From Dictyostelium discoideum (lineage: Eukaryota): a stretch of DNA of 64,000 nucleotides. Each line of letters begins with the position of its first letter. Within the stretch, counting starts at the first letter, position 1. The notes beneath the pieces are model-generated. The model had not been told where the DNA came from. It saw nothing but the letters and a program-made list of their open reading frames with translations, and did not search any database. Positions 9,611-21,419 of the stretch are shown here, piece by piece. A program made the position numbers and the translations under genes. The stretch is from positions 7,872,001-7,936,000 of the forward strand of contig CM000151.3 in NCBI GenBank assembly GCA_000004695.1, written 5' to 3'.

Positions 9611-9904
9611 TTTTCAAAAAAAAGCAAAAAATAATCAGATCGAAAAAAAACAAACAACAACAACAATCTCTTTTTTTGATTATTTCATTTTTCATATAAA
9701 AAAGACTTAAAAAACAAATAAATAAATAAATAAACTATCTTAAAAAGCCATCTTTTTACTTTATTGTAATTTATTATTTGTTTCGTTTTGAGAATTTTGC
9801 GTAGCAAAATTTTCAAAAAAAAGCAAAAAATAATCAGATCGAAAAAAAACAAACAACAACAACAATCTCTTTTTTTGATTATTTCATTTTTCATATAAAA
9901 AAGA

Positions 9905-9971
<67 letters not shown>

Positions 9972-10047
9972 GGAACCCAAGTTAATCAGAAAATTTCCAG
10001 ATTTTTAACTTTTTAAAGAAAAATATAAAAAATAGAAAGAAAATAAA

Positions 10048-11382
10048 ATGAAAATCACAAACAACACCACAAATATTAAGCAACACAAATGCCTACAAAA
10101 AATAAGCGAAATTGTGGATAAAACTCAATTAAAAAAAAAACAATTCAAATACGTCATAAACATCAATCACGAACCAGACGATAAAATAAAAAAAGATTTA
10201 GAAAAAAGTTTGGACAAAAAAGATGTTTTAATCAAAAGTAATAATACATTCAAAATTCTCACAGACAGTATTAGTACAGTAATCTATTTTGTAAATATGT
10301 TCGATGCAGAATTAAAAGGACAATTTATAACCACTCTAAGACCAAAAAATATGTATACGGATTTCGATTGGTATAAATCACTCACAGAAATAGAATGGGT
10401 AATAGAAAATGAAGGATGTAAACTAATTAAATCTGAAATTAAAGGCGAAACTCTAATTATCAAAACAGTGAAAAGAGTCGTAGAAGAATATGACACTATC
10501 ATTGAACTAGACAATCTAACATTAATTGGTCACTCCAACAAAGGATGGAGAGATCAAACCTCATTACCAGAAAATCAAGAAGAAAACAAAAATAAAAAAC
10601 AATCAGATGAACAACAACCACAATCTACATCAGAACAAATACCAAAACAAGGAAAAAGAACAATCATTATCCCACCAATCACCTCCTCATCTAATGATAA
10701 AACATTTATGGCCCTAGATGATACAGCTCAAAAGGTAATAGATGCATCACTAGAAAACGTAGATGAACTAACAAGAATAGAGAATGAGATCAATACCCAA
10801 TCGATAAACAATCAAGAAATTAAAACAAAATCAGAAAAACCTATTGAACCACCATCTCCATACAATACACCAATAAAACAACACGGCGAAACAAAGAGAC
10901 TAACAACGGAAGAAAAACTTAGAGAGGTAAATGATATCTTCGACTTCACCAGCCCAAACACTGATGCAATAAGAAAAATAGAATTCCCACTTTCAATCCC
11001 TTCAAATCAATGGTTCTTCTCCTCTCCAATAAAACATATCATGAGTTTCAGCCCAACCTATGGTACACCATCGAAAATTATCGATTCACCAAGTAAATTG
11101 TTAAACACACCAAAAAACAAACAACAAGACAAAACAAACAGGACCAACAAAACACCAGTCAAACCAAAATTGGGTGAATATGGACAAAAAAGCATAAAAA
11201 CAAAAATGGATGAAGATATAGACAACTTCAACAAGGAAATTCTAAAACAAATCAGTAAATCAAAAAACCCCACAAACACACAAGACCAACAACACAACGA
11301 ACAAAGTAAAGATCAGTTAGAAGACAAAATAAACCAGAAACTTCAAAAGGTAGATAAAAATCTACCCCAAATAAAACTATAA
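10048..11382 (+). CDS. TRE5-A ORF1 protein
   Basis: 444-aa ORF. Confidence 0.85.
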   Translation: MKITNNTTNIKQHKCLQKISEIVDKTQLKKKQFKYVININHEPDDKIKKDLEKSLDKKDVLIKSNNTFKILTDSISTVIYFVNMFDAELKGQFITTLRPKNMYTDFDWYKSLTEIEWVIENEGCKLIKSEIKGETLIIKTVKRVVEEYDTIIELDNLTLIGHSNKGWRDQTSLPENQEENKNKKQSDEQQPQSTSEQIPKQGKRTIIIPPITSSSNDKTFMALDDTAQKVIDASLENVDELTRIENEINTQSINNQEIKTKSEKPIEPPSPYNTPIKQHGETKRLTTEEKLREVNDIFDFTSPNTDAIRKIEFPLSIPSNQWFFSSPIKHIMSFSPTYGTPSKIIDSPSKLLNTPKNKQQDKTNRTNKTPVKPKLGEYGQKSIKTKMDEDIDNFNKEILKQISKSKNPTNTQDQQHNEQSKDQLEDKINQKLQKVDKNLPQIKL

Positions 11383-11384
11383 AG

Positions 11385-14300
11385 AAAAACACAATAAGAA
11401 TAGGTGTTTGGAACGTCCAAGGATCCAACACCATCCAATCTGCCAGCATAATAAACACCGTATTAGACAACAACAAGCTGGACGCAGCACTTCTAACTGA
11501 AACAAATATAAAAACAAATAAAATTTACTCAATAAATCAACAATATAAAAACAAAATAACACACCACGCACCAATTGATAAAACAGGACAAGGGGTGTCA
11601 CAAATCATCATCAACACCCAAATAAAAACAACAACAAAAACAATAAACGAAAGAATTATATCTTCCGAATGGATGATTGCAAAAACACAGATCAAATGCA
11701 CAACCATTTATGCCCCAGCAAAGTCAAACGAAAGACATGAATGGTATAAGGAAAATCTCACAGAAGAAATACTACACAGCGATATTATAACTGGAGACTT
11801 CAATGTAGACTGTTCAGTGGATAATAACCTTAACAAATATATTAAAACAATCTTCGACGAATTCGAATTTACAGAAATTAAGAATGGAATCACATTTCCA
11901 AGAAACAAATCAACCATCGATAGGGTCTTTGTCTCAAAGAAGATACTCCATCTAAACCCAATAGTTACTACTAAGGAAATCAAATTAAAATCTGATCACA
12001 ACATGGTAATCATTGAATTAAAAATACCAGAATACGAGCAACAAAAGAAAGGAGAAAGACTATGGAGACAAAACCTAGAAACTCTCAAAATGAATTCAAC
12101 CAGCCTCAAAATTAATAAAACAATTAAATACTACAATAAAAAATTCGAAGAGAACACCAGCAAATGGTACAAATTAAACATTTGCGAACAATGGTTGAAA
12201 CTAAAAGATGAAATAAAGAAACTGTCAATTAATATAGAAATTAGAGAAAGCAATAAAACCAAAAACAAACTAAAAGAACTCGCAGAAAAACTCGAAACAG
12301 CCAAAGATTCAAGAGCAATCTTCCTTAAAGAAGAGATCAACAATATTCTAAAGGAACAAGTAAGAATAAAACAAGCAAACCAAACCAACACCCACATCAA
12401 CAACAAAGAAACACCATCAAAATACTTAACCAGAAGGTTAAAAGTCCAAAGAAAGACAAATGAAATCCCTCAAATTCTAGATCCAAGCAACAATTGTTTG
12501 GTAACAAAAAACGAGGATATCCTCGAAGTAGCAAGAAGATATTACGAGAACCTGTACCAGAAGAGAGAATGCAACGAAGACACTCACCACGAACTCCTAA
12601 AAACATTCAATAAAAGGATTGATCAAAAGATATTGGACGAAATTAATCAACCAATAGAAGGATATGAAATCAGACTAGGCATTGAAAAAATACAAGAAGG
12701 AAAAGCACCTGGTAAAGATGGACTCCTTCCAACATTTTACAAAAACCACATTAATGAAATTCTACCAATAATATCAAAACTATACAATCACTTCTGGAAC
12801 ACAACAATCCCAAAGGACTTCAAACAAGGGATATTGATTACTATATATAAAAACAAAGGAGACCCAAACAACCTGGATAATTATAGACCAATAACACTTC
12901 TAAATGTCGATTACAAAATCTATTCGAAAATAATCAACAATAGGATCCTGAAGTTCTTAAACAAAATAATCTCACCATTCCAAACTGGATTCGTACCAAG
13001 AAGACTACTGCACGATAACATCATCACCTTAAACTCAACAATAGAAATAATAAAACGAGAGATTAACACAAAAGAGGATATGGAACCAATCATAACATTT
13101 TATGATTTTGAAAAAGCATTCGATTCAATCTCACATAACGCCATTCTACGTACTCTTGCACATCTAAAACTACCACTCAAAATGGTCCTCACAATAATGA
13201 ACTTACTCAATGAATCAGAAACATCAGTGTACATCAATAACTCATTATCTAAAAGCTTTACATCAAAAAGAGGAACCAAACAAGGTGATCCTATCTCTCC
13301 CACTATCTTCGCATTAGTGGTTGAATGCATGGCAACTACTATAATAAATGACCGCTGCATCAATGGTGTAACCAAAGAAACCATTAAAATACTACAGTTC
13401 GCCGATGATACAGCAACAATAGCATACAACTTTATGGACCATTTCCTCATGAATGAATGGATCAAGAAGTTTTGCCAAGCAACCAGCGCAAAAATAAACC
13501 AAACCAAATGCTCGTGTATCACTTTCAAATGGAACACCAGAACGCTATACACCGTCATAAAATCAAACGAAAGGTACCTCGGCTTTGACTTCAACAATAA
13601 GGGTATCAAATCCAAAATCAATACAATCTCAGACAACATCAGAGCTAAACTAGTAACATGGAACTCAACTTCATCAACCTATATGGGCAGACTCATAATG
13701 GCAAAAACATATGCACTATCTCAGTTAACGTTCCACACTTACATCAACACCACACCACAACACAATAGTATTGAAAATAACATCGTAAAATTCGTTTTCA
13801 ACACAAAATCTAAAAACTCTCTTTCACTACAAAGAAGACAAAACAACTATATCAATGGTGGCCTAAACTTATGGAACCTGAAGACAAGAGAACTAGCACA
13901 GAAAGCATGGTTATTCGAAAGATACCTCCACCAAAGAGTAAGTAACACTCCTAGTTCATATATAAAACTGTGGGAAGAGGAACTCAAAAACAACAACAAC
14001 AACAAAACAACAACAAAACAAAATCAACTACAACTACACTGGCAATGCAAGCAAGCATGGACCCAATTAAAAACTCCACAAAATAAACAAACACACTACG
14101 AACACCTCCCAAAATTAAAAAAAATATACGAAGATATGATGACAACTCAATCTCCTGAACACAACAAATTCATACCAACTCCTGGCCAAAAAGAAATAAT
14201 GACCAAAATTAATAGCAAACACCTTCCATTTAAAGAAATCAAAAAAATAATAAACATGAAAGGTAGAGATCTATTATGGAGATACACACTGAAAGCACTA

Positions 14301-14816
14301 CCAAAAATATACAACATGCCATGCCAACAGTGTGGGGAAGATGAGACCTCAGAACATATATTCTTCAACTGCAAAGCCCACATCAAAAACACACAAGAAA
14401 TCTTCAACTACACCCTAACTAAGTCTGGACACACCACTCACACCTGGAATGTGAAGATTTTAAACCATCTACAAATTGCACTAGTAGCCAATTTAATAGC
14501 TATTATATTCGATAAAATCTGGCACAAAAGAAATAAACTCATTCACGATGAAAAAGAAATAATAATTCACAGACAACAAGTCATACGTGAACTAATTAAA
14601 ACACAAAGAGCTGCATGGGACAGGACACAAGCGGTTATAAACAAAACATTAAGAATCAAATCAAAACAACGGCCAGAAGAACAAAATAAATTAGACTCAC
14701 TAATCTCGCTAAAGCTATTACAATTTAGCAGACAATGGAACTCACCTCTTCACGCAATAGAACTTCCTAAACATCTCAAAAAATACAATAATTCACTCAG
14801 TACTTTCTATAAATAA
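11385..14816 (+). CDS. TRE5-A ORF2 polyprotein (endonuclease, reverse transcriptase, C-terminal zinc-finger-like domain)
   Basis: Long open frame of ~1140 codons. RT block: ...YRPITLLNVDYKIYSKII...QFADDTA.... Cys-rich C-terminus. Confidence 0.85.
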   Translation, partial: KNTIRIGVWNVQGSNTIQSASIINTVLDNNKLDAALLTETNIKTNKIYSINQQYKNKITHHAPIDKTGQGVSQIIINTQIKTTTKTINERIISSEWMIAKTQIKCTTIYAPAKSNERHEWYKENLTEEILHSDIITGDFNVDCSVDNNLNKYIKTIFDEFEFTEIKNGITFPRNKSTIDRVFVSKKILHLNPIVTTKEIKLKSDHNMVIIELKIPEYEQQKKGERLWRQNLETLKMNSTSLKINKTIKYYNKKFEENTSKWYKLNICEQWLKLKDEIKKLSINIEIRESNKTKNKLKELAEKLETAKDSRAIFLKEEINNILKEQVRIKQANQTNTHINNKETPSKYLTRRLKVQRKTNEIPQILDPSNNCLVTKNEDILEVARRYYENLYQKRECNEDTHHELLKTFNKRIDQKILDEINQPIEGYEIRLGIEKIQEGKAPGKDGLLPTFYKNHINEILPIISKLYNHFWNTTIPKDFKQGILITIYKNKGDPNNLDNYRPITLLNVDYKIYSKIINNRILKFLNKIISPFQTGFVPRRLLHDNIITLNSTIEIIKREINTKEDMEPIITFYDFEKAFDSISHNAILRTLAHLKLPLKMVLTIMNLLNESETSVYINNSLSKSFTSKRGTKQGDPISPTIFALVVECMATTIINDRCINGVTKETIKILQFADDTATIAYNFMDHFLMNEWIKKFCQATSAKINQTKCSCITFKWNTRTLYTVIKSNERYLGFDFNNKGIKSKINTISDNIRAKLVTWNSTSSTYMGRLIMAKTYALSQLTFHTYINTTPQHNSIENNIVKFVFNTKSKNSLSLQRRQNNYINGGLNLWNLKTRELAQKAWLFERYLHQRVSNTPSSYIKLWEEELKNNNNNKTTTKQNQLQLHWQCKQAWTQLKTPQNKQTHYEHLPKLKKIYEDMMTTQSPEHNKFIPTPGQKEIMTKINSKHLPFKEIKKIINMKGRDLLWRYTLKALPKIYNMPCQQCGEDETSEHIFFNCKAHIKNTQEIFNYTLTKSGHTTHTWNVKILNHLQIALVANLIAIIFDKIWHKRNKLIHDEKEIIIHRQQVIRELIKTQRAAWDRTQAVINKTLRIKSKQRPEEQNKLDSLISLKLLQFSRQWNSPLHAIELPKHLKKYNNSLSTFYK

Positions 14817-14887
<71 letters not shown>

Positions 14888-15311
14888 GGAACCCAAGTTA
14901 ATCAGAAAATTTCCAGATTTTTAACTTTTTAAAGAAAAATATAAAAAATAGAAAGAAAATAAAATGAAAATCACAAACAACACCACAAATATTAAGCAAC
15001 ACAAATGCCTACAAAAAATAAGCGAAATTGTGGATAAAACTCAATTAAAAAAAAAACAATTCAAATACGTCATAAACATCAATCACGAACCAGACGATAA
15101 AATAAAAAAAGATTTAGAAAAAAGTTTGGACAAAAAAGATGTTTTAATCAAAAGTAATAATACAATTCAAAATTCGAAACAAAAAAAAAAAAAAAAAAAA
15201 AAAAGTAAACTAACCCCTCTTTTAGAGACCCTGTAAAAAAAAAAAAAAAAATAAAATAAAATGAGATCTAACATCTCAAGGAGAAGCAAATAATAATTGC
15301 GTTATCCAATT

Positions 15312-15342
<31 letters not shown>

Positions 15343-15345
<3 letters not shown>

Positions 15346-15358
15346 TATGAAATTTAAA
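15343..15358. repeat. Target-site duplication copy 3 (ttgtatgaaatttaaa)
   Basis: Immediately after the terminal A-run of copy 3. Confidence 0.8.
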
Positions 15359-15360
15359 TT

Positions 15361-15535
15361 GTAAAAAACTATAAATAAAATGAGATCTAGCATCTCAAGG
15401 AGAAACAACCAATAATTACGTTATCCAAAAAAAAAACAAAAAAATTATATGAAATTTAACATTTTAATGAGATCTAGCATCTCAAGGAGAAGCAACAAAT
15501 AATTGCGTTATCCAATTCAAAAATAAAAAAATCTA
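15361..15535 (+). mobile_element. Two partial TRE5-A C-module remnants, each followed by a degenerate copy of the TSD (attatatgaaatttaa at 15441-15456; tctatgaaatac at 15531-15542)
   Basis: aaatgagatctagcatctcaaggagaaacaaccaataattacgttatccaaaaaaa and aatgagatctagcatctcaaggagaagcaacaaataattgcgttatccaattcaaaaa. Confidence 0.65.
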
Positions 15536-16298
15536 TGAAATACTTATAATATTTTGTATACTTGTGTGACCCTTGAACACACATAAATAATTAATAATAA
15601 ATTATAAATAATATTATATCTCTATATAATATTATATGTAATAAAGTTTTATTTATAAGTTTTGTTTGTGCACAATTTGGAATAAAACAACAACGAAATA
15701 TTTTTATTTTATTTTACTATTTATACTAAAATTAATTTTACTAAAGAAACCGTTGGTAAAATTTCTGAGAATAAAGTAAGAATATTGTATTTGTTAACGT
15801 CTTTTCAGTTACAGACTATTTCCATATTTGTATTTTACCAGGGATAAAAACTTTATAAATTAATTTATGTCCCTTAATTATTCTCGATTATTACAAAGAT
15901 TCAAATTCATCACGTAGTCAGGCCCTTTTTCTTTCAGAATAATTTATTCATACATAAAATATACTTACCTCTTCTAATTGTATTTAATATAATAAGATTT
16001 ATTTGATCACAACTTTATTTTTATCTTATTTTTACTATTTATGCGATGTATTTTCTGAAGGCCTAATAACAAATAGTAGAGAGGATTTAGAAAAATCCCA
16101 AACATCATCTCCATCAGCTTGAAAGATTTAGTTAACACTGGAACTCTCCCCTCCTCACAGTATCAAACCTTATACAATAAATCACGTCCCTAAACACTCT
16201 CTTTAAAAAAAAATTAAATAAATAAAAAAAAAAAAAAAAATTCTTTTTATTTGTGATTTTTTTAATTATTGTTACAAACTTTTTTAAGCTTTTTTTTT

Positions 16299-16339
<41 letters not shown>

Positions 16340-16799
16340 ATAAAAAAGTTTTTGGGCTTTTTATTAAGATCATATTAAAATACTACCATTTTAAATAATT
16401 CCCCTTTTACCATTTTCTTATTTGGAATATTTTCAGATTTGGCAATTTCCTTTTTGGCTATTGGATTTGTCTTAAAAAAGTACATATCCCTTTTTTTAAT
16501 TTTCAAATAATTTAAAAAATTGAAAAATTATCAAGTTATAAAAAGAATAAACTTTTTTGAAAAAAATAAAATGAAATAATCATTAAAACAAATGTAAAAA
16601 ATAAAAATATAAAAAATAGAAAATTAATCTAACCTCTAACAATTAAAAAGGTTAAGATAAAAGTTGATTGATTGTTTAAAATAAATTAAAAAAAAGTTAA
16701 AGTTATTAAAAAAACTAAATAAGTAAATAAAATAAACAAATAAAATAATAAATAAATAAAAAACAAATTAAATAAAAATGTTTTTCTTTTAATTATAAT

Positions 16800-17095
16800 C
16801 CAGATAATATATGAATCAATACCAATCATATGATAGAGAAAGGAAAGATTTATCTATGCACTATATCATAAAGAAAGGTTGATCATCATATAAATATAAT
16901 TTTTAAAGTAATTAAATGAATCAATACTAATCAAATGTCAGAGAAAGGAAAGATTTATCTATGCACTTTGGCATTTTGAAAGAAGATGATATCATTAATA
17001 ATTAAAAAATGACTATTTTATATAAATATCATTTATATATAAATGATATAAATGATATTTATATATAAATGATATAAATGATATTTATAATTAAA
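16800..17095. repeat. Local tandem duplications: a ~115-bp unit twice (16803/16918), then (aaatgatataaatgatatttatatat)n at 17030-17095
   Basis: gaatcaataccaatcatatgatagagaaaggaaagatttatctatgcact repeated with a few mismatches. Confidence 0.6.
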
Positions 17096-17389
17096 AAATT
17101 AGAAACCAAAAAAACAAAAAAAAAACAAAAAAAAGGTTTAATAAAATACATATTTTTTTTATTATTATTGTATAATATAAAAAAACTATTTCCTTTCAAT
17201 TCTATTATTAAATAAAAAAAATTCAAATTATACAAATATTTTGTTATTATCTTATTTTTTGAAAAAATAAATTAAAAAATTCCATTTTTCAATTTTTTTT
17301 TTTTTTTTTTTATTTTTAATTTTAATTTTAATTTTACTTAAAATTTTTATTTTTAATTCAAGTTAAAAATAAAAAAAAAATAAAATAAA

Positions 17390-17875
17390 ATGACAGTAAT
17401 TAATAAAGAATTATTTATAAATAAAAAAGTTTATCAAGATAATAAAATTGAAAATCAAACATATGAATGTGTAATTGATCATATTGGTGATGAAAAATAT
17501 GTAATATTAGAACTTACACCTTATGTAACAACCGATAGTGAAGGTAAACCATTAAAATATTTAGAGAAAAGATATGTTTTAGCATCAACAGATACAGAAG
17601 CCTATCATAGTGGTCAAAAACAATGGTATGTAGAAAACACCAAAGAATTACATAAAAAGAAATGGAGATCACCAGAATGTTTAGGTGGAGGAATCATGAC
17701 AATTGATCAAAATAATAAATCAATTAAAACTTTTGGAACAAGTTATGGTTATGGTGATCCACCAATTGAAATCCTAAAATCAATCTTAAATACAGTTTAT
17801 CCAAATTATAATCTTGATATTACAATTACTTCTGAAGTTAGAGAATTAGTTAAACCAAAACATAATGGATATTAA
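17390..17875 (+). CDS. Hypothetical protein, 161 aa, single exon
   Basis: ATG in an AAAATG context. Non-repetitive coding-like composition. No family recognised. Confidence 0.4.
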   Translation: MTVINKELFINKKVYQDNKIENQTYECVIDHIGDEKYVILELTPYVTTDSEGKPLKYLEKRYVLASTDTEAYHSGQKQWYVENTKELHKKKWRSPECLGGGIMTIDQNNKSIKTFGTSYGYGDPPIEILKSILNTVYPNYNLDITITSEVRELVKPKHNGY

Positions 17876-17955
17876 AAAAAAAAAAAACAAAAAAAAAAAC
17901 AAATAAAAAAATAATTATTTAATTTTTAATTTTATTATTATTATTTATTATTGAT

Positions 17956-18986
17956 TTAAATACAACCAGTACAAGATGAAATGAAACCATCTTTTATTTT
18001 AGTTTCAACGGAACAATTACATCTTCTTTTTAAATCTAAAGAAGCTAAATCCATATTATTATGTATTATTAAAATTTGAGTTTGATCAATGATTTTACGA
18101 GTGATTTCAGATTTTGAACGATCAGTGAGGTAATCGAATAGATTTGGTAATTGAACACCAGGAATATTACAAGATTTTAATATTGATTTTAATTTTAAAC
18201 CATTGAAAAACCCGATTTTCTCTTCTAACTCTGGTAACAATGGTAATAGATCATAATAAAGTTTACCAATATTTAATAATCTATTAATTGGTCTAGATTC
18301 AATTGATTGTGTATTAACTAAACATGTTGCAAATGAACAATATGATGATGGCTTAATACTATATAATCCATATCCCATCATATTTAACATTGGTTCTAAT
18401 GCTTGACCAACATTTAATGGATAAAAATCATCACCATTAATACTACCATCTGTTGATTTTTCAATTTCTTTAATTAATTCAAATGGGTCATTTATATTAC
18501 AAATTAAATTTTCATTTTCTTCATTATTATTATTATTATTATTATTATTAATATTATTATTAAAAATTGTTAAAGTTTCAACTAATTGTTTTGGTGGTCT
18601 TTCTAATGATAAAATTATAAATCTAATTACATCATTACTTTTTCTTAATAATTTTAAAACATCTGTTAAATTTGCAAATTTTCTTTCCAATGCAACGGTT
18701 ACAACACATTGCATATCTGAATATTCTCTTAATACATTTAACAATTGATTAATTTCTTTAATGAATATTAATTCATCACCTTGTTTTAAATAATATTTTA
18801 CAGCTGGATAAACTTTTGTACCTAATAAACAAGAATTACTTAATTTACCAATTTCATTTAATCTCTCTAATGTAACCTCTAACAATATTGGATAACCTTT
18901 TAATAAACTTGATATATATTTAACTTTATCATTTATACCATTTATATTATTACTACCTCTTGCTATAACTTTTAAAACAAACTATA

Positions 18987-19035
<49 letters not shown>

Positions 19036-19525
19036 ATTATATTAATTTTTGTGCACTACACCATTATCATTAATTATTAATTATTATTAATTTTTACCTT
19101 TTTATTTTTTGGATAAAAAGTTTGAAATTGTTGAATATTAAATTTAATTTCATCATCTGATAGAAATGTTGAATTTTGAAATATTGAAAATTCTAAAACA
19201 AAATTTGAGATGGTTGGATTCTTTGAAACTTTAATTTGATTATTACCATCATTATATTTACCCATACTTTCTATATCTTTAATGGAACTATTATTAAACC
19301 TATTACCAATTACAGGATCAAATGATAAAATTCTTTTAAAAAATTTTAATGATGAACAATAAAGTGTTTCAAATTGTTTACTATGATTTTGTTCACAACA
19401 ACATTTTAAATAAACTTTATCATCATCTCTTGATACTACTATCGCTGGTTTTAATATCAACCCTTTTCTATTTATAATTGTACAAATTGGGCAAAATGTT
19501 TGTGTATCATATAATATAGTTTCCA

Positions 19526-19526
<1 letters not shown>
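17956..19526 (-). CDS. Hypothetical protein, two exons (19526..19098 and 18981..17956; intron GTAAAA...TTATAG), ~484 aa, function not recognised
   Basis: The downstream ORF in the track starts at a TTG, and its frame is open upstream to a TAG that forms an acceptor. The upstream ORF MET...KNKK ends at an in-frame GTAAAA donor. The join is phase 0. Cys clusters CPIC / CCCEQNH are N-terminal and CNCS...CTGC C-terminal. Confidence 0.45.
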
Positions 19527-19585
<59 letters not shown>

Positions 19586-20018
19586 AAAACTAAAATTAAT
19601 ATCTTTTTTTTTTTTTTTTTATTTTTTCGTTCGTTCGTTTGTTTTTTTTTTATAAATAAATAGTTTTATATATGTAAAAAATGAAAAAAAAAAAAAAAAA
19701 AAAAAAAAATCAACAAAAAAAAAATAAAAAATTTAAAAAAACAAAACCAAGCAAAACAAAATATAAAAGATTTTTTATTAAAATATATTATTTATTTTTT
19801 TTTTTTTTTTTTATTTTATTTTTTTTTTTTTTAATGAGATATAAATCCAATAATGTGAGTGTGGTGTGTGTGCGTGCACATTAATATTTACTTTTCAAAA
19901 ATCTAATTTATCAAGATTTTAAAAATTATAATAATAATTTTAATAATAGGTTTTATTTTTGTTTTTATATTTTATTTGTTTTTATATTTTATTTGTTTTT
20001 ATTTTATTTGTTTTTATT

Positions 20019-20639
20019 TTATTTATCTTCTTCACCTTCAGAATCAGAAGCAATTAAACCATCATAATCTTCATCATCATCATTACAGAAAGAATCAATT
20101 GGATTACTCCAAACTGAACCAACTATAAAGGTTGCAATATCTTTAGTTGGATTTAATAAGAATTTTAAAAAACCTGAAATTTCATCATCATCTTCATCTT
20201 CATCTTCATCATCTGTTGATTTTTTTGAATCTTTATTTTTCTTTTCAGTTTCAGTTTTATTTTGTTTTAATTCAATTGGAGTTGTAGAGATTTTAACTTC
20301 TTGTGATAATTCTTCAGATGTAGTTGGTGTTGTAACTGTAATAATAACTTGTTTATTTGAAATTATATCATTTTCTCTAAAATCAATAAATAAACGAAAT
20401 TCTGTTTCTGTATCTTCAACAAAGAAATCATCAACACACATTGTTAATTCATCAACAAATCCTAATTTTAAAAATAAATTTGTAAACTTTTTTTAAAAAA
20501 AAAAAATAAAATAAAAAAAACATTTTATTTATTATTGAATTATTAGTATTTATAAATATATTAATTTAAATAAAAAAATTTTTTTTTTTTTTTTTTTTTT
20601 TTTCTAAACAATTTTTAATTAATTTCTCAAAAGATTGTG

Positions 20640-20671
<32 letters not shown>

Positions 20672-20927
20672 ATTAACTTACAATAGTGGCCCAAAAATCT
20701 GGGATTTCTAAAAGTAATGCTCTTCTTTCTCTATATAATGGTTCAGCTGATTTATAAATATCTTTATCACATTTCATTAATTCTAAATCCTTTTCACCTG
20801 TTAATTTTTCAATTTCATCTGATAATGATTTTAATTCAGTATCTTTATCAAATAATTCTAAATATACTGCTTTTGGATCATCCTTTTCAAATTCTACCTC
20901 AACTTCTTTTTTTTGATGTTTTGACAT
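20019..20927 (-). CDS. NAP/SET-family nucleosome assembly protein (SET/TAF-I-like), two exons 20927..20682 and 20486..20019, ~237 aa
   Basis: ...YRERRALLLEIPDFWATI|FTNLFLKLGFVDELTMCVDDFFVEDTETEFRLFIDFRENDIISNKQVIITV... aligns with SET (IPNFWVTTFVNHP...VEVTEFEDIKSGYRIDFYF). Acidic D/E tail. Intron is GTAAGT...AAAAAAAG, phase 0. Confidence 0.8.
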
Positions 20928-21012
20928 TTTTTATTTTGAAATTTATATTAACAATAACCAATGAAAAAAAAATAAAAATAAAAAAAAAAAAAAAAAAAAA
21001 ATAAAAAATTAG

Positions 21013-21044
<32 letters not shown>

Positions 21045-21175
21045 GAAAAAAAAAAAAAAAAAACGAAATAGAAAATTAAAAATAAATAAAAATAAATAAA
21101 AAAAAATAAAAAAAAGAAAAGAAAGTAATAGCAATATAAATTCGAATATGTGTATTTTATTTATTTATTTTTTGA

Positions 21176-21214
<39 letters not shown>

Positions 21215-21419
21215 CCAGTTTTCCAAATTTTTTTTAATTATTTTTGTTTAATATTATTATCATATATTGATATTTTTTTTTAAACTCTATTTATAGAGGG
21301 GAGTTGAGAGAGAGAAATATATATATTATTATACATTTGGTGAAAGTTTAAGGATTTGTATTTTGTTCATTGGAATACCCATAAATATATATGATGGTTT
21401 TTGGTTTTTTTTTTTTTTT

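Larger units (their letters stand above)
9611..15342 (+). mobile_element. Full-length TRE5-A (TRE5-A.1-type) with a 5-prime-truncated first A-module, ~1.3 A-modules, a B-module, ORF1, intact ORF2, and a B+C module 3-prime UTR with oligo(A)
   Basis: ORF1 10048-11382. The ORF2 reading frame is open from ~11385 to 14816; it overlaps the ORF1 stop and has no ATG, and the ORF track begins it at a GTG at 11595. ORF2 has apurinic-endonuclease-like N-terminal motifs, RT motifs (...FADDTA...) and a C-terminal Cys/His domain (CQQCGEDETSEHIFFNC). The C-module ends in an A-run at 15311-15342, followed by the TSD. Confidence 0.9.

Noticed and set aside
15641-15894. Possible solo LTR: starts TGTAATAAAGTT like the LTR element and ends ATTATTACA ~255 bp later
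   Set aside because: Only the terminal ~12 nt resemble the LTR and the interior shows no similarity; there are no TSDs. Probably coincidence in AT-rich DNA.
19681-19884. Lys/Phe-rich ORFs made from homopolymer runs (19681, 20717-21004, 24363-25362, 26087, 27629-27931, 28553, 35676, 37448, 40376-40676, 45157, 53110-53680, 55231-55541)
   Set aside because: These are translations of poly(A)/poly(T) tracts, often with non-ATG starts, and not genes.
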